The notes under the pieces were generated by a model that was not told the DNA's origin, did not search any database, and worked only from the letters and a program-made list of their open reading frames with translations. Made by a program: the position numbers and the translations under genes. This document shows positions 13,817 to 27,408 of a DNA stretch of 64,000 bases, in pieces (position 1 is the stretch's first letter; each line of letters begins with the position of its first letter). This DNA comes from Eledone cirrhosa (lineage: Eukaryota), in the NCBI GenBank assembly GCA_964016885.1, contig OZ024740.1, positions 414,780,001 to 414,844,000 of the forward strand, given 5' to 3'.

Positions 13817-16800
13817 AGGTTTAGTGTCCGTGTTCCACGCTTGCATGGGTTTGGACGGGGGTTTTCCCACTTGAGGCAAGAGTGGTTGTCTTGCTCGCAT
13901 AGGACTGTCTGACGGGTTTTCTACAGTTGGATGCCCTTCCTAACACCAACCACATTTACAGTGTGGGGCTGGGAGGTTTTTACCGTGTTGCCTACACGGC
14001 CACATTACAGCGTGGACTGTCTGGCGGGTTTTCTACAGCTGGATGCCCTTCCTAACACCAACCACATTTACAGTGTGGGGCTGGGAGGTTTTTACCGTGT
14101 TGCCTACACGGCCACATTTACAGCGTGGACTGTGTGTTTTTTTGTCGTGACACCTACACGATCTCATTTGTTTCGGCCTGGATGTTGTGGGACCAACATA
14201 ACTGTACATTGAAAGGGGCGGTGTGGATGGGGTGGAGGTGGTGGGACGGGGGGTGTTTTGATAGAGATGCCTACTGACTGTAGTAGATTTTTACTTTGTA
14301 TTTAGGTAAGGCGGGTCTTCTCTATTACTGAGTACCGCCAAAGGTCTCGGTCCAGTGACATTGTCTTGGAGAGGTGTAAGCGTGTGAGGTCGGAATTTAT
14401 CAGCTCGTCCCATGTTTTTCTGGGTCTGCCTACTCCGTGGCTACCGTCTATCTTTATTACCCTGCACTTTGTTATACAGCTGTCGTCTTTCATGCGCATC
14501 ACGTGACCGTACCAACGTAGCCTTGTAAACAACATCTGATCCCTCTTATTTCTAATTTTTTCCTTAGTTCGTTTATGCTTTGCCGTTCACGTATATTACT
14601 ATTACACATCCAGCGGAGCATGCAAGCTTCGTTCCTCTCTAGTCTGCGTATATCCTCTGCACACAATGCCCAGGTCTCACTGCCATGCAGCATTGCTGTT
14701 CGTATGCAGGCATCGTATAACCTGCCTTTCATTTTTAGGGAGAACCCTCTAGCGGCTAATAGTGGTATAAGCTCTCTGAACTTTTTCCATCCAGTTCTGA
14801 CTCTAGCTACTGTACTTTCAGAGCACCCTCCCCCACTGCTGATTTTGTCACCCAGGTAACGGAAGCTGTCCACTATTTCTATAGAACCCTCTGCGCAGTT
14901 GAAGGAGCTAGTATTTTGTGGGCACTTGCTGCTACTTATTGCACCAGAGCACCGGCCACATGTAAAATCTATGTTCTTAGTTAGCTTACCTGTGATCCCA
15001 CTACATCTTTTATGCACCCATACTTTGCATTTGGGACATAAAATGGAGTTTCTACCTACGCCTTTCCTACACACTGAGCATGGCCATTTCCCAGATGGGA
15101 CTGCCGCCATATTTTCTTTCCTACAAACTAGAACTTTTGTCTTAGCCAGGTTAATTTTAAGGCCTTTTGATTCTAGGCCGTGCTTCCATGTTTGGAATTT
15201 CTTCTCTAGTTCGGTCATTGATTCAGCTATGAGCGTTAGATCATCTGCGTATAGGAGTTCCCATGGGCAGCCGGTCTTGAACTCCTCTGTTATAGCCTGA
15301 AGGGCAATAATAAATAGTAGGGGGCTAAGAACAGAGCCCTGATGGACACCAACTTTTACGCTAAACTCTTCACTATATTCGTTGTTAATTCTAACCTTAC
15401 TGACTGTTTCTTTATACATGGCTTGTATAGCTCTCACAAGCCATTCGTCAACACCTAGTTTTCTAAGAGACCACCAGATAATGGAACGGGGGACTCTGTC
15501 GAAGGCTTTCTCCAAGTCGACGAAAGCTAAGTATAGGGGTTTACTTTTAGCTAGGTACTTCTCCTGTAGTTGTCGTACAATGAAAAGAGCGTCTGTGGTA
15601 CTTTTGCCTGACACAAACCCGAACTGCATTTCATCTAGATCAATTCTCTCTCTGATTAGTTGCGCTATTACTTTTTCCGTGACCTTCATGACCTGGTCGA
15701 TTAATTTAATGCCTCTATAGTTACTCCTATCTAGGGCGTCTCCTTTTCCCTTATAGCAGTTAACGATGATGCTGCTACGCCAGTCCTTCGGAACAACCCC
15801 ATTCTGTACGACTTGGTTAACTATCCGGGTGACCATGGTGTGTCCCACCGAACCAGATGCCTTCAGCATCTCAGCAACTATTTCCGAAGGACCAGCCGCC
15901 TTACCCGTCTTCATATCTTTGATTGCCTTGCTTATTGTACTACCCTGGACTAACACTGCTGGTCCCTCTATTGGGTCGATGTGGGGGAGACTGTCTTTCT
16001 CCCATTTGTTCTCCTCATTTAGAAGCCTTTCGTAGTGACACTTCCAAGCTACCTTCTTATCAGCGTCGGTGATGGCAAGTATGCCATCATCGTTAAGCAC
16101 ACACTTCTCCCCGACAATATCACGGTTTTCCTTGACACATTGCCTGGCAATCCTGAACACCTCACGTTTTTGGTCCTCACGTTGTAGAACATGCTTGAAC
16201 TTTCTTTCCTCTGCTTCCCTTCTTGCGAAGTACACTTGTCTCCTAGCTTCCCTCCTGGCTACCTGATAGTCTTCTCTACTTCCCCCATCCTGCCATGCTT
16301 TCCAAGCCTGCTTTTTGGCCTTAATTGACTCCTCCACCTTACTGTTCCACCACCATGTTACTCTCCTCCTACCTACAGGCCTGCTCCAGCCACAGACTTC
16401 GTCTGCCGCCGTCAGCAGGTTTGCTCTCAGGAATTCCCACTGTTCCTCTATATTATACGACTCTAATTGCTCTTCCTTACTGTCGAAAGCGTCAAGTAAT
16501 ATGCTTTGAAATTTATTTCTGGCTATGGGGTCCTTTAGCTTCCATATTTTTCTCCTGAGGATAGTCCTCTTCTGCTGTCTAGTACGTCTCGTCCTGACTA
16601 TGAGGTCGCTAATTATCAATCTATGTTGGGAGGTGAATTCTTCATGGGGGAGAGATTTAGTGTTAACAACAGACACTCTGTCACGTCTTCTGGTAAGGAT
16701 ATAATCTACCTGGCTTGTGTGTTCCCCGATCTATAGGTGATCAAGTGATTGTCTCGTTTTTTGAAGTTAGTGTTACAGATAGTTAAGTTATTTGCGTCGC

Positions 16801-17450
16801 AGAATTCCAGGATTCTGGAGCCTTCCTCATTTCTAGTACCGAACCCATAGCCTCCATGGATTCCGTCATAGCCGTCACAATGCTGTCCAACGTGACCATT
16901 TAGGTCGCCTGCAATAACTATATAGTCACTGTCGGTTATTTGGGAGGTAGCGAGCATCAGTGTCTCGTAGAATCTGTCTTTTATAGCGCCGGGCAGTCCG
17001 GATTGGGGTGCGTACGCAGATATTACTGTCACCGTAGTTTTATTGAGGACAAGTCTTATTTTAATTATTCTGTCGTTCACTCTATTTACGTCTATTATCT
17101 TATCTGCCCACTTTTCTGCTACCATGATTCCTACCCCACCCAACCCATTGTCATTTCCCACCCAGAAAAGCTTATAGCATCGTTCTTTACCCACGATGAA
17201 TCTAGCCGACCCTCCCCTCCACCTGGTCTCTTGAATACAACAAACATCGACCTCCTTACGTTCAAGCATTTCTACAACCTCGTTAGAGCGACCCTTTAAG
17301 GTGCCTACATTCATGGTACCAACTCTGAAGTTTTGGATTGCGTTTGGAGGGTGGGAGGGGTGGGGCGCGGGGGGGGGGGGGGGGGGGGGGTTATGTTAGC
17401 CATCCTGGGCCGAAACAAGGCGGAGTGCTTGCATTCTCGTCCACGAGGTG
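13817..17450 (-). mobile_element. Near full-length RTE LINE (family 2), APE endonuclease + RT, frameshifted
   Basis: Three ORF pieces: 16706-17314 (NVGTL, CIQETRW, GDLNGHVG), 14499-16676 (FVDLEKAFD, GVHQGSVLSP, YADD) and 14302-14535. ~480-bp 3' UTR ending in (TGA)n. Confidence 0.95.
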
Positions 17451-17534
17451 AATTTGTATGTATGTATATACACAAATATATATTTATATATGTATATATA
17501 TTTATGCATATCTGTATGTATATTTTCTGTATAT

Positions 17535-18767
17535 ATATTTTCAGAAAATATTCTATTTTTCAAAAAATATGATTTACCTTCAATTTATTTTTCTACATAG
17601 TTGCCATCCAGGTCAATACACTTCACAAGGCGATGCTTCCAACTCCGTCAGCCGTCTCTAAAGAAAGTTGAAGGCCTTGTTCGAAGCCATATGCTGGCAG
17701 TGTTTTTAGCTTCTTCAACACCACTAAAACGGGTTCCTTTTAGCATTTCTTTGAGTTTTGGAAAGAAGAAAAAGTCTGATGGGGCTAAATCTGGACTATA
17801 ATGCGGGTGAGGAAGCACTTCCCATCGAAATTCTCGAAGAACTTCTTTTGCAACCCACGCAGAATGCGCTGGTGCATTGTCATGGTCAAACAAGATCCCA
17901 CCATGAAGTTTCCCTTTTCGTTTGTTGACTAATGCCTCTTTCAGTTTCCTTAAAACATTTGCATAGTAAGCTCTTGTCACAGTTCTTTGACCTTCAAGAT
18001 AATCTATTAGTATCACCCCATCTGAATCCCAGAAAATGGTGGCCATCACTTTTTTATCCGACTTTTGAGATTTGAACTTGATTGGCCCCGATGATCCACG
18101 TGGAAGCCACTGTTTTGACTGCTGTTTGGATTCAGGATCATACTGGTAGATCCAGGAAATGCTCTTCATCAACTTCAATTTTGTTTAATATCGCCAAAGA
18201 CAGATCACTTCGAAGAATCAGCTGATCAGGGCGCAACACTTTTGGGACCCATCGCACTGAAAGTTTGCTTAGTCCCAAATTATCATGCAGAATTGAATTT
18301 GCCGAACCATATGAAATGTCTAGGGACTTAGCTAACTGATTAACTGTTATTCTTCGATCTTCTTCAGTTAAAGTCTGAGCAGCCTCAACGTTTGGTCATT
18401 TTTTGATGTTCCTAGTCTTCCACTGCGATGGTTGTCTTCAAAGTCGTCTCTCCCTTGTTTGAATCGATGAATCCACTTGTAGACAGCAGTTTTCTTTGGA
18501 GCAGTAGTACCGTAAACTTTAACTAAAGCCTCCATAATCTGTGTCCCTTTCCACTTGAGTTTCACCAGAAACTTGATATTCGATCTTATCTCAAAATAAC
18601 TATTTTCCATTGTTCCAAAAAGAGTACAATAGTCCGCGCATGACTGACTGCAAGTGACTAATAGCAAGGTAAACACCCAATGACAATGTTGTGACATGTT
18701 TAATATTGTTTTAACCTATATTTTTCTTACTACGATAAAATTCCGCGAACTTTTTGATCCCCCCTCG
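17535..18767 (-). mobile_element. Degraded mariner transposon, Hsmar2/irritans-like; one TIR retained
   Basis: Transposase ~18610 to 17585 in broken frames (MENSYFEIRSNIKFLVKL..., WIYQYDPE, HDNAPAH, YSPDLAPSDF). TIR CGAGGGGGGATCAAAAAGTTC next to TA at 18768. The first catalytic Asp region appears deleted. Confidence 0.9.
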
Positions 18768-18949
18768 TATATATATGTATGTATGTATATGGGGAAATTC
18801 ATATTTTCTGTTATGTTTACATGCCTAGATATTTTTTGAAATGTGTATATTTGTAGACACATTGATGCAGTTTCACTTCCCCACTCTGTATATATACAGA
18901 TATAACTTTATCATACTCTAGCACACTCTTTAATATGTATATATATATA

Positions 18950-19370
18950 TCATCATCAATGTGGCATGGATTAGATGAGTTATCCTGTTGTGAGCAACGC
19001 CATGTCAGGTGACCCTATCTTGCTCAACAGAATCGATTTGGGATGGTTTCTATAGCTGGATGCCCTTCCTAGCACCAACCTCATTTACAGGGAGTACTGA
19101 GTGCTTTTTGCCATGACACCTACACGACCACTTTACAGTGTGGGCTGGGTGCTTTTTGTTGTGACACCTACACGACCACATAGTGTGGGCTGGGTGGTTT
19201 TTACCATGACACCTACATAACCACTTTACAGTGTGGGCTGGGTGCTTTTGGCCATGTTGTCAACACAACCACTTTACGGTGTGGGCTGGATGCTTTTTGT
19301 TGTGACGCCTACACGACCACTTTACAGTGTGGGCTGTGGGCTTTTTGCCATGACACTTACACAACCAGTG
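18950..19370 (-). mobile_element. SINE/RTE-tail element with an internal 48-bp tandem repeat (~6 units)
   Basis: Unit ccactttacagtgtgggctgggtgctttttgttgtgacacctacacga, downstream of gctggatgcccttcctagcaccaacc. Confidence 0.75.
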
Positions 19371-19568
19371 GAGAGAAAAAATTGAGATGGAAAATTAGTT
19401 TAAATACTTTACACATGTTTCAAGAGTAAAATGAGGGCATGCATTATACAGAAAATTACTGAAAGGATGTTATGAATAACTTGTATAAGCGAAAAATAAA
19501 TACATTAGAAAAATACAAGGTTACCAATGTGGGATTGTCTGTTTTGAACTTCATCATTATCAGTATCC

Positions 19569-19796
19569 TTAACCCTTTAGCATTTAAACTGGCCATATCC
19601 AGCTAGAATTCTCTCACCTCTTTCTGTTCAAACTGGCTGTAACCGGCCGTTTATACTGATTTTAAGGTATTACTCTCAAAATAAATAATATTGAAATCTC
19701 ATAGATTGGATATTGTGTGAGAAATTATGTAAGGTAAAGCCTTTACAGTGAAAATATAATAGTATATATACAGTAATGTAAATGCTAAAGGGTTAA
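19569..19796. mobile_element. piggyBac-type MITE (TTAA TSD, TIR CCCTTTAGCATTTA)
   Basis: TTAA|ccctttagcattta...taaatgctaaaggg|TTAA. Other copies at 34141-34340, 39552-39764, 49999-50226 (reverse) and 51121-51299; partial copies within 26050-26730 and at 55336-55555. Confidence 0.88.
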
Positions 19797-20229
19797 GAAA
19801 CAGAGCTATACTTGTGCATGTGCATATGTGTGTGTATGTTATACATCCATACAGAGCTAAGAGAATATGTGTGTGTCTGTGTGCTTGTAAGTATGAAGCT
19901 GTGAGCAAAAGTATGTTAATATAAGGGAATGTGTGTGTGTGTGTGTGTATACAGAGCTGTGAAGGGAAAAATAGAGGTGTGTGTGTATATTTAGTTGGTC
20001 TGTATCAGCAGTACGAGTATGTTTCTGGCCATAAGAGAGCCATAGGAATCTAGGAGTGGATGTACAAGCACATGTGTGATAACGGGAAGGGTAAACGTGA
20101 CGGGGGGGGGCAAAGGGTAGAAACGTAAGTACAAATGTATATATGTAATGTTAAAGAAATTGTTGTGGGGGGGGGGGGGTCCTTGAGGGAAACAGAACCC
20201 AAGGCAAAAAATATATGTATGTGTGTGTA

Positions 20230-20430
20230 TCCTAGATTCAATCGGGGGGGTAATCACAGTAAGTAAGGTACTCAATACATAGTAGAGTATATACAATATT
20301 TAATATAGAGATAGCTTCTACAGGACTAGAACTGTTCGAAGGAAATCATCAGGGCTTTCCTGATGATTTCCTTTGAATGAAACAATTTTAGTCCTGTAGA
20401 AGCCATTTCTATATTTAAATATTATATATA
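20230..20430. mobile_element. Fold-back insertion with hammerhead core fragments
   Basis: Arms ~20289-20353 and ~20359-20430. CTGATGA...GAAAC at 20360-20383. Confidence 0.6.
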
Positions 20431-20950
20431 TGTTTCGTAAATATTCATGTTATTTAATAAATTCTAGAGACCTTCTTCCTGTTTTTTTCTTCTTCTTCTT
20501 CTTCTTCTTCTTCTTCTTCTTCTTCTTCTTCTTCTTCTTCTTCTTCTTCTTCTTCTATATGTTATTAATTAATTACATAAAACTAGGAGAATGATAATAG
20601 ATAGAAATTGATAAAAAATCTTTGATGGGTTTCTGGGACTACGGGAAGGTGCACTACAAGTTGCACAATGCAATTGAAAGTCATAAGGTAGAATTTCTAT
20701 CAATTCTTATTTACTTGAGATGGTCCAGGTGAGGCTCCTACCTGTTTGTATTTATCATTGTTGTAATTATAAACTACGGCAACATTCATGGTGTCACACT
20801 TTATTAACTTTGTGTTTACTCTGGACAAAAATGTAACAACTTTTTGCTCCATTGAGTGCTTTGTGAATGCCTCAAACCGATAGATATCTGCTCTACTGCA
20901 GCTACAACTTTGATTTATTCTTACATATATACTATATCTACCCATTACTA

Positions 20951-20998
<48 letters not shown>

Positions 20999-21094
20999 AA
21001 GAAAGTGTGGTAAGATACCTGGTGGACCATAATGCACCAGAGTACTCGATACTTAGGGTAGTAGAGTAGGTAATAGGAAAAGAGTCAGTACCCC

Positions 21095-21294
21095 NNNNNN
21101 NNNNNNNNNNNNNNNNNNNNNNNNNNNNNNNNNNNNNNNNNNNNNNNNNNNNNNNNNNNNNNNNNNNNNNNNNNNNNNNNNNNNNNNNNNNNNNNNNNNN
21201 NNNNNNNNNNNNNNNNNNNNNNNNNNNNNNNNNNNNNNNNNNNNNNNNNNNNNNNNNNNNNNNNNNNNNNNNNNNNNNNNNNNNNNNNNNNNNN
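21095..21294. other. Assembly gap (200 N)
   Basis: Run of N. Confidence 0.99.
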
Positions 21295-21852
21295 GAATTT
21301 TTTAATCACACAGTCATTATCATTATCATTTTTACGTCAATTTGTATGCTTAATTCAAAATGAAGATTAACAATGTATCCTTGGTCAGCCATAAATATAT
21401 GGTTCCATGGTGTTCTTAAATAGCTAATCACAGAAATGTATACAATTTAACTCTTAATACCTATAATAATTTAGCTGATGATATCTAAAAACAAGTTTGC
21501 TAATTCAAATATTTATAATATAGTATCTTTATTATAATATTTATAATACAGTATCTTTATTAGTGGAGAAATCTTGCGAAAATTTGTAGTATTAAAGTAA
21601 AGGTTTCAATTTGAAATGTGACAATCATGGTGCCATTTTATACTTTTCAATAATTGTTTTTTCTTTTGACACATAGCAATGCAATTACCCCAGTGCATTA
21701 CCGGTACTTTATTTTATCGTGATGTAGGATGTTAAGAGTTAATAATGTATATATGAAATAGGATTTAGCTTTACATGCATATTTACAATCCCTCCATCAT
21801 ACATATATGTGTGATGTTTTTGCTTGCAGGTAGAGTTAACTGAGATTCTTAC

Positions 21853-21941
21853 CTGGCTACAGAAGGTCCATAAATGGCACGGATATTGTCAGTATAGGAT
21901 GCAGTGCTTGAGGTTCTCACATCAGCTGAAGTGTCACCATG
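21853..21941 (-). CDS. MLH1: MLH1 coding exon (human exon 8 equivalent)
   Basis: ttccacag|HGDTSADVRTSSTASYTDNIRAIYGPSVA(R)|gtaag. 89 bp, in phase. Confidence 0.93.
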
Positions 21942-22607
21942 CTGTGGAAAAACATAATATATAAGAATTAATGATTTAAAAAAGGATATATTTACTTATC
22001 CCATCCGATAGTGTTACTACTGCAATCAACTACCTGGCCTCTATGCTAAAGAATAATAAGACTGTATTCAATGAAATATTCATAAATAGGTGATAAACCA
22101 TGTGGTTCTGGGTTTGCAGTACTGTGGGCAAATGTCCTCTACTGTATTCTCAGACTGAAAAATGACTTGTCATTGAAATCTGAAAAGAAGAATATTTATA
22201 TAGAATGTGATCTAATATTGAACATTCCCAAATTGATATGTGTCTATATCCAATTGCTGGATGATCCAGTAGCTATTATCAGTAGCTAGGTGACCTGGTA
22301 GTAGTTCTAAATCACTAGGTGACCGGGTACTTAATCTCAACAGCCTACACGAATTGAGAGAACGTAAGATAAAGTGTTCAGTCCCATAACAATGAAAAGC
22401 CTTTCTGACGAAACTATTGAGAGAGAGAGAGAGAGAGACCAAGGAAAACCTGGGCAGAGGTTGTCAGAGCTGATCTCAAACCACTGAATCTCACAAACAA
22501 CTGAGATGAATGGAGATATGCTGTTCAGCAAAGAACCTATCCAACCCATGTAAGCATGGAAAAGCAGATGTAAAATGGTGATGATGATGATGATGATACA
22601 TGCACAC

Positions 22608-22679
<72 letters not shown>

Positions 22680-22994
22680 ATGATATATATATATATATAT
22701 ACACACACAAGAGGCGCTAAAACAGGATGCCCTTGAGAACTCCTGTTTGCTGATGATCTAATGTTCATAGCTGAATATATGACAGAACTAGAGAAACATT
22801 TCCTGACCTGGAAGCATAATCTGGAATAAAAAAGTCTTAAAGTCAACTTGACAAAGACTAAAGTTCTAATATGTAGTGAGGAAAACAAGGCCCTGATCCC
22901 TTCTAGCAACTGATGACAACTTCTTTTTCCGTCTTTTAAGGGTCTTCACCCTTTTTTATAGCATCTCTTCGCATGAGCACATCTTTATATATAT

Positions 22995-23583
22995 ATATCA
23001 ACTAGAAATTGATTGACATATATATCTAAAATAAACATATGAAACAATCACAGGGAATAATTTGTAAAAGTGTGTAAGCACACATAGCTAGGTAGGTAAC
23101 TCATTAAAGTTTAACTAGAACTTACGCCACTGGGATGTAGCTGGTACAATGTGTGTATTTTTGAAATGTGCAACACGTGCTGCTAGTCATTCGCAGATTT
23201 GAATTTGCTGTGTAAACACAGATAGTTAAGTCTTCTTCCTTGTTGAAAATCCGGTATTTGGCTACTGTGGTTTACAAAACGATTGATGGTGAAATATATT
23301 TCTTTAAAGAAATATATACAAGGAAGATTAATCCATTTATAAGGTATCTATTTTTAAAGTTCTAGTTAAACTTTAATGAGTTACCTACCTAGCTATGTGT
23401 GCTTACACACTTTTAAAAATTATTCCCTGTGATTGTTTCATATGTTTATTTTAGATATATATGTCAATCAATTTCTAGTTGATATAAAATGCTCGGATCT
23501 ATTCATTGGAATCTTGGAGCTTATTCTACAGTGGATATGGCGCATGTCTCTCTGACATGACACCCTTAATTTAATTTAATTTT

Positions 23584-23586
<3 letters not shown>
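22995..23586. mobile_element. (TA)n-embedded fold-back insertion with a U3:A8 hammerhead (23234-23327, plus)
   Basis: Arms ~22995-23123 and ~23357-23486, plus a ~100-nt tail. tcttccttg-TTGAAAA-...-GAAA-tata-TA-caaggaaga, with a perfect 9-bp stem I. Confidence 0.75.
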
Positions 23587-23662
<76 letters not shown>

Positions 23663-24162
23663 TATTCATGAGTGAATAATGATATTATAATACTTGTTTC
23701 TACTTTTGACACAAGGCCAGCAATTACCCAGTACATTACTGGTACTTTATTTTATCGACCCCGTAGGGATGAAAGGCAAAGTTAATCTCGTCGGGATTTG
23801 AACTCAGATCATAAAGGGACGTAACTCTATGCTTCAAAGCATGATGTCCGACTCTCTACCGATACTGCCAATCATAATATTATTAATATTGGGTTTGTTT
23901 ACAAGTTTATTATAATATTACCATTATTCAGTCACAAATAGATATCCGCCACGTTAAGAGTGAAAACAAATTTTGTTTTATATATATATCATCATCATCA
24001 TCATCATATATATATATATATATACACACAAATATGAGGTATCAAAACATATCAATTATGTTTGATTTTTGTGCTTCTCAATAAAAAAACTCAATAGACT
24101 TTGTCCAGAGCTATAATAATTCAAAAGTAAAAGATATATATATATAGAGAGAAAGAGAATAC

Positions 24163-24245
<83 letters not shown>

Positions 24246-24905
24246 CACAATGTATTGTGTATTCTCTTTTATATATTTTACTTTTGAATTATATATATCA
24301 TCATTCATCATCATCATAATTTTACGTCCGCTTTTCCCTGCTTGCAAGGGTGGGACGGGAACTGATTCTGGCTTGATTTCTACAGCTGGATGCCCTTCCT
24401 AACACCAACCTCATTTACAGTGAGTGCTGGGTGCTTTTTTGCCGTGGCACCTCCACGACCACTTTACAGTGAGTGCTGGGTGCTTTTTTTTCCGTGGCGC
24501 CTACACATCCACTTTACAGTGTGGGCTGGATGCTTTTTTGCCGTGGCACCTCCAGTCCTATCATCTCATTTCTACAGCTGAGTAAACTGGAGTAATGTGA
24601 AATAAAGTGTCTATATATGATCATTTTACGTCCGCTTTTCCCTGCTTGCAAGGGTGGGATATATATATATATAATTAGAAAGTGAGCAGCACAAAATATA
24701 ACTACTCCATTACCAAAGGTTTCTGGATCACAGACGATAATAATATATATGTCTGGATCTATCTATCGTCAGACAGATACATATCATCATCATCATCATT
24801 TTATGTCCACTTTTGCCTGCTTGCAAGGGTGGGACGGGAACTGATTCTGGCTTGATTTCTACAGCTGGATGCCCTTCCTAACACCAACCGCATTTACAGC
24901 GAGTG

Positions 24906-24957
<52 letters not shown>

Positions 24958-25033
24958 GTGGTTTGTCGATGTGAGAAGGAAATAAATAAATATTCTTAAA
25001 AAGACTCCAGTTGCATTTTCGATTTCTTTTCCT

Positions 25034-25069
<36 letters not shown>

Positions 25070-25315
25070 AGGAAAAGAAATTGAAAATGCAACTGGAGTC
25101 TTTTTAAGAATATTTATTTATTTCCTTCTCACATCGACAAACCACAAACCCTCCATCTCAATTTTACTTTTGAAAAGCATAAGAACTGTGAAACCAGTAA
25201 AGGAAATAAATAAATATTCTCAAAAAGACTCCAGTTGCATTTCCGATTTCATTTCCTTATACATTCACCCGTGTAGGATATCTTGTTTTTTATAAAAAAA
25301 AACTCATTTTCTTAT
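24958..25315. mobile_element. (TA)n-embedded fold-back insertion with a U3:A8 hammerhead (25167-25202, plus)
   Basis: Three copies of aaggaaataaataaatattc...ccttac in alternating orientation. ctt-TTGAAAA-gca-taagaac-tgt-GAAA-ccag-TA-aag. Confidence 0.7.
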
Positions 25316-25347
25316 ATATATATATATATAGAGAAAGAGAGATAGAT

Positions 25348-25421
<74 letters not shown>

Positions 25422-27048
25422 TATCAATAAAAGACAACATAACCAAATGTAAACTCAATCAATGTAAAGGAAATGATGTCAATGAACTATATAGAAATAA
25501 CTGAAATTAAAGCCCTTAATCGAATCAATAAGGTTTCAATTCCTAATGCTATTAGAAACTCTAAATGATATGTCATTATTTTGTGTCAAGGTTATATTAT
25601 ATCTTAAAAAATTAACAACAAACAAATACAACAAAAGTACAACTGCCATAAGAGTGATAGCTTCTTAACTTGTTAATTACAACTGTTTCATTCTAGGAAT
25701 ATGTGTGAATGTGCATGTCTGTATGAGTGAATACATAACTCTCTTTTATCAAGAATAAAATTGATGTTTCAGTTTTTCCAGTTAAAATGGCAGAATCGGT
25801 AGAGTATCAGACACAAAAATTTGCTTTATTTGGTAATACCCCTTAATGTTCTGAGTTCAAATCTCATCCAGCTCCATTTACATTCTATTTATAATAATGA
25901 AATTATTGTGAACAGTGCTCAGGTGCACTACAACTCATCAAAGGTGCATGTATAGTACATAGAATAATATACAAATGTTTATATTACTTATTTATGTTAC
26001 TTCATCCAGAGCCAGAGGTCAATAAGATACATGTCAGGCAATAAAATATTTAACCCTTTAGCACTTAAACTGGCCGTATCCGGCCAGAATTCTCTCACAT
26101 TTTTCTGTTCAAACCTTCTGTAACTGGCTGCTCATACTAATGTTATGGTATTGTTCTCAAAATAAATATTAAAATTTCATAGATTTGATATTATGTGAGA
26201 TAATTATGTAGGGTAAAGCCTTTACTGTGAGCTAGATATAATTCCTCTCCCTATCTATAGGCTCCTATTATGTATGATGAATATGATGATGGTGGTGGTG
26301 GCAGAGGAGGAGGAGGAGGAGGAGGAAGAAGAAGATTTGAATTTTAATCTTAATGTGATGCAAACATAGTGCAGTTTTATACTTTTCTAGAACACTCTGA
26401 CAATGTAGTTTCATGTAGTACAGGATATAAACAGATAAGATTATATTTGTAATATAATTCAAAAGAATCTTATATCAAATTATGTTGGAAGATTTAAATT
26501 CAAAATGGGCAGTTTTATGTCATAAAATTTGAGACAGGGTGGGGTGGTATCAAAAAGTTTAAACCGGCCATATCTGACCAGAATTCTCTCATCTCTTTCT
26601 GTTCAAACCGGTACTAACTGGCCACTCATACTGTTGTCAATGTATTGTTCTCCAAATAAATAACATCTCATATATTCAATAAAATCTCATAGATAATATA
26701 TATAGAGTAATATGAATGCTAAAGGGTTAACTTCGGAGAAAGACACTGAAATGTGGTGGATACAGTTCTGATGTTATGTGTATTGCAGATTCCTTGAATT
26801 TTCTCCAATGCACTCTTGTAGTAAGTTAGAAACATAGTGGAGTTTGGTTAAACTGGTGCTTTGTACTTTGAGAGTGGCTGTAGAACTTATATGATGAGTA
26901 ATTTATTTTGTTGTAGGTCTTATATCATGGGTTGGGTATTTATTATATGGCAACCAAAGGCTTCTCTCTTAGAGTGAAGGGCAGATTATATAATACCTGT
27001 GATCAAACTGGTATGATGCATGGTAGTGAGATATGAGTCTATATATAT

Positions 27049-27122
<74 letters not shown>

Positions 27123-27129
<7 letters not shown>

Positions 27130-27408
27130 ATTAACAAATGGAAACTATATTTATAAATCAATATCTATTTTATTATACATATTTCAAGGATACCATGTTA
27201 AATTATGGTATGCCTTCATCAGACAAAATACAATATATACCAGTTTTAACATGGTATCCTTGAAATATGTATAATAAAATAGATATTGATTTATAAATAT
27301 AGTTTCCATTTGTTAATATTGTATATTTACTCCAAATACTTGTCGAGTGCTTTATATCAGTTATAAAAATATTTGCTTGTTGTATCCCAACAATTTAAAT
27401 AGAACTTT

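Noticed and set aside
14575-16558. Antisense ORFs over the RTE copies (also 47020-49219)
   Set aside because: Shadow frames of the RT ORF with no independent motifs.
20700-20999. Possible minus-strand exon ending at a CAG|gtagg donor-like site
   Set aside because: No resemblance to MLH1 exon 9 or any protein I recognise. The ORF starts in (TA)n.
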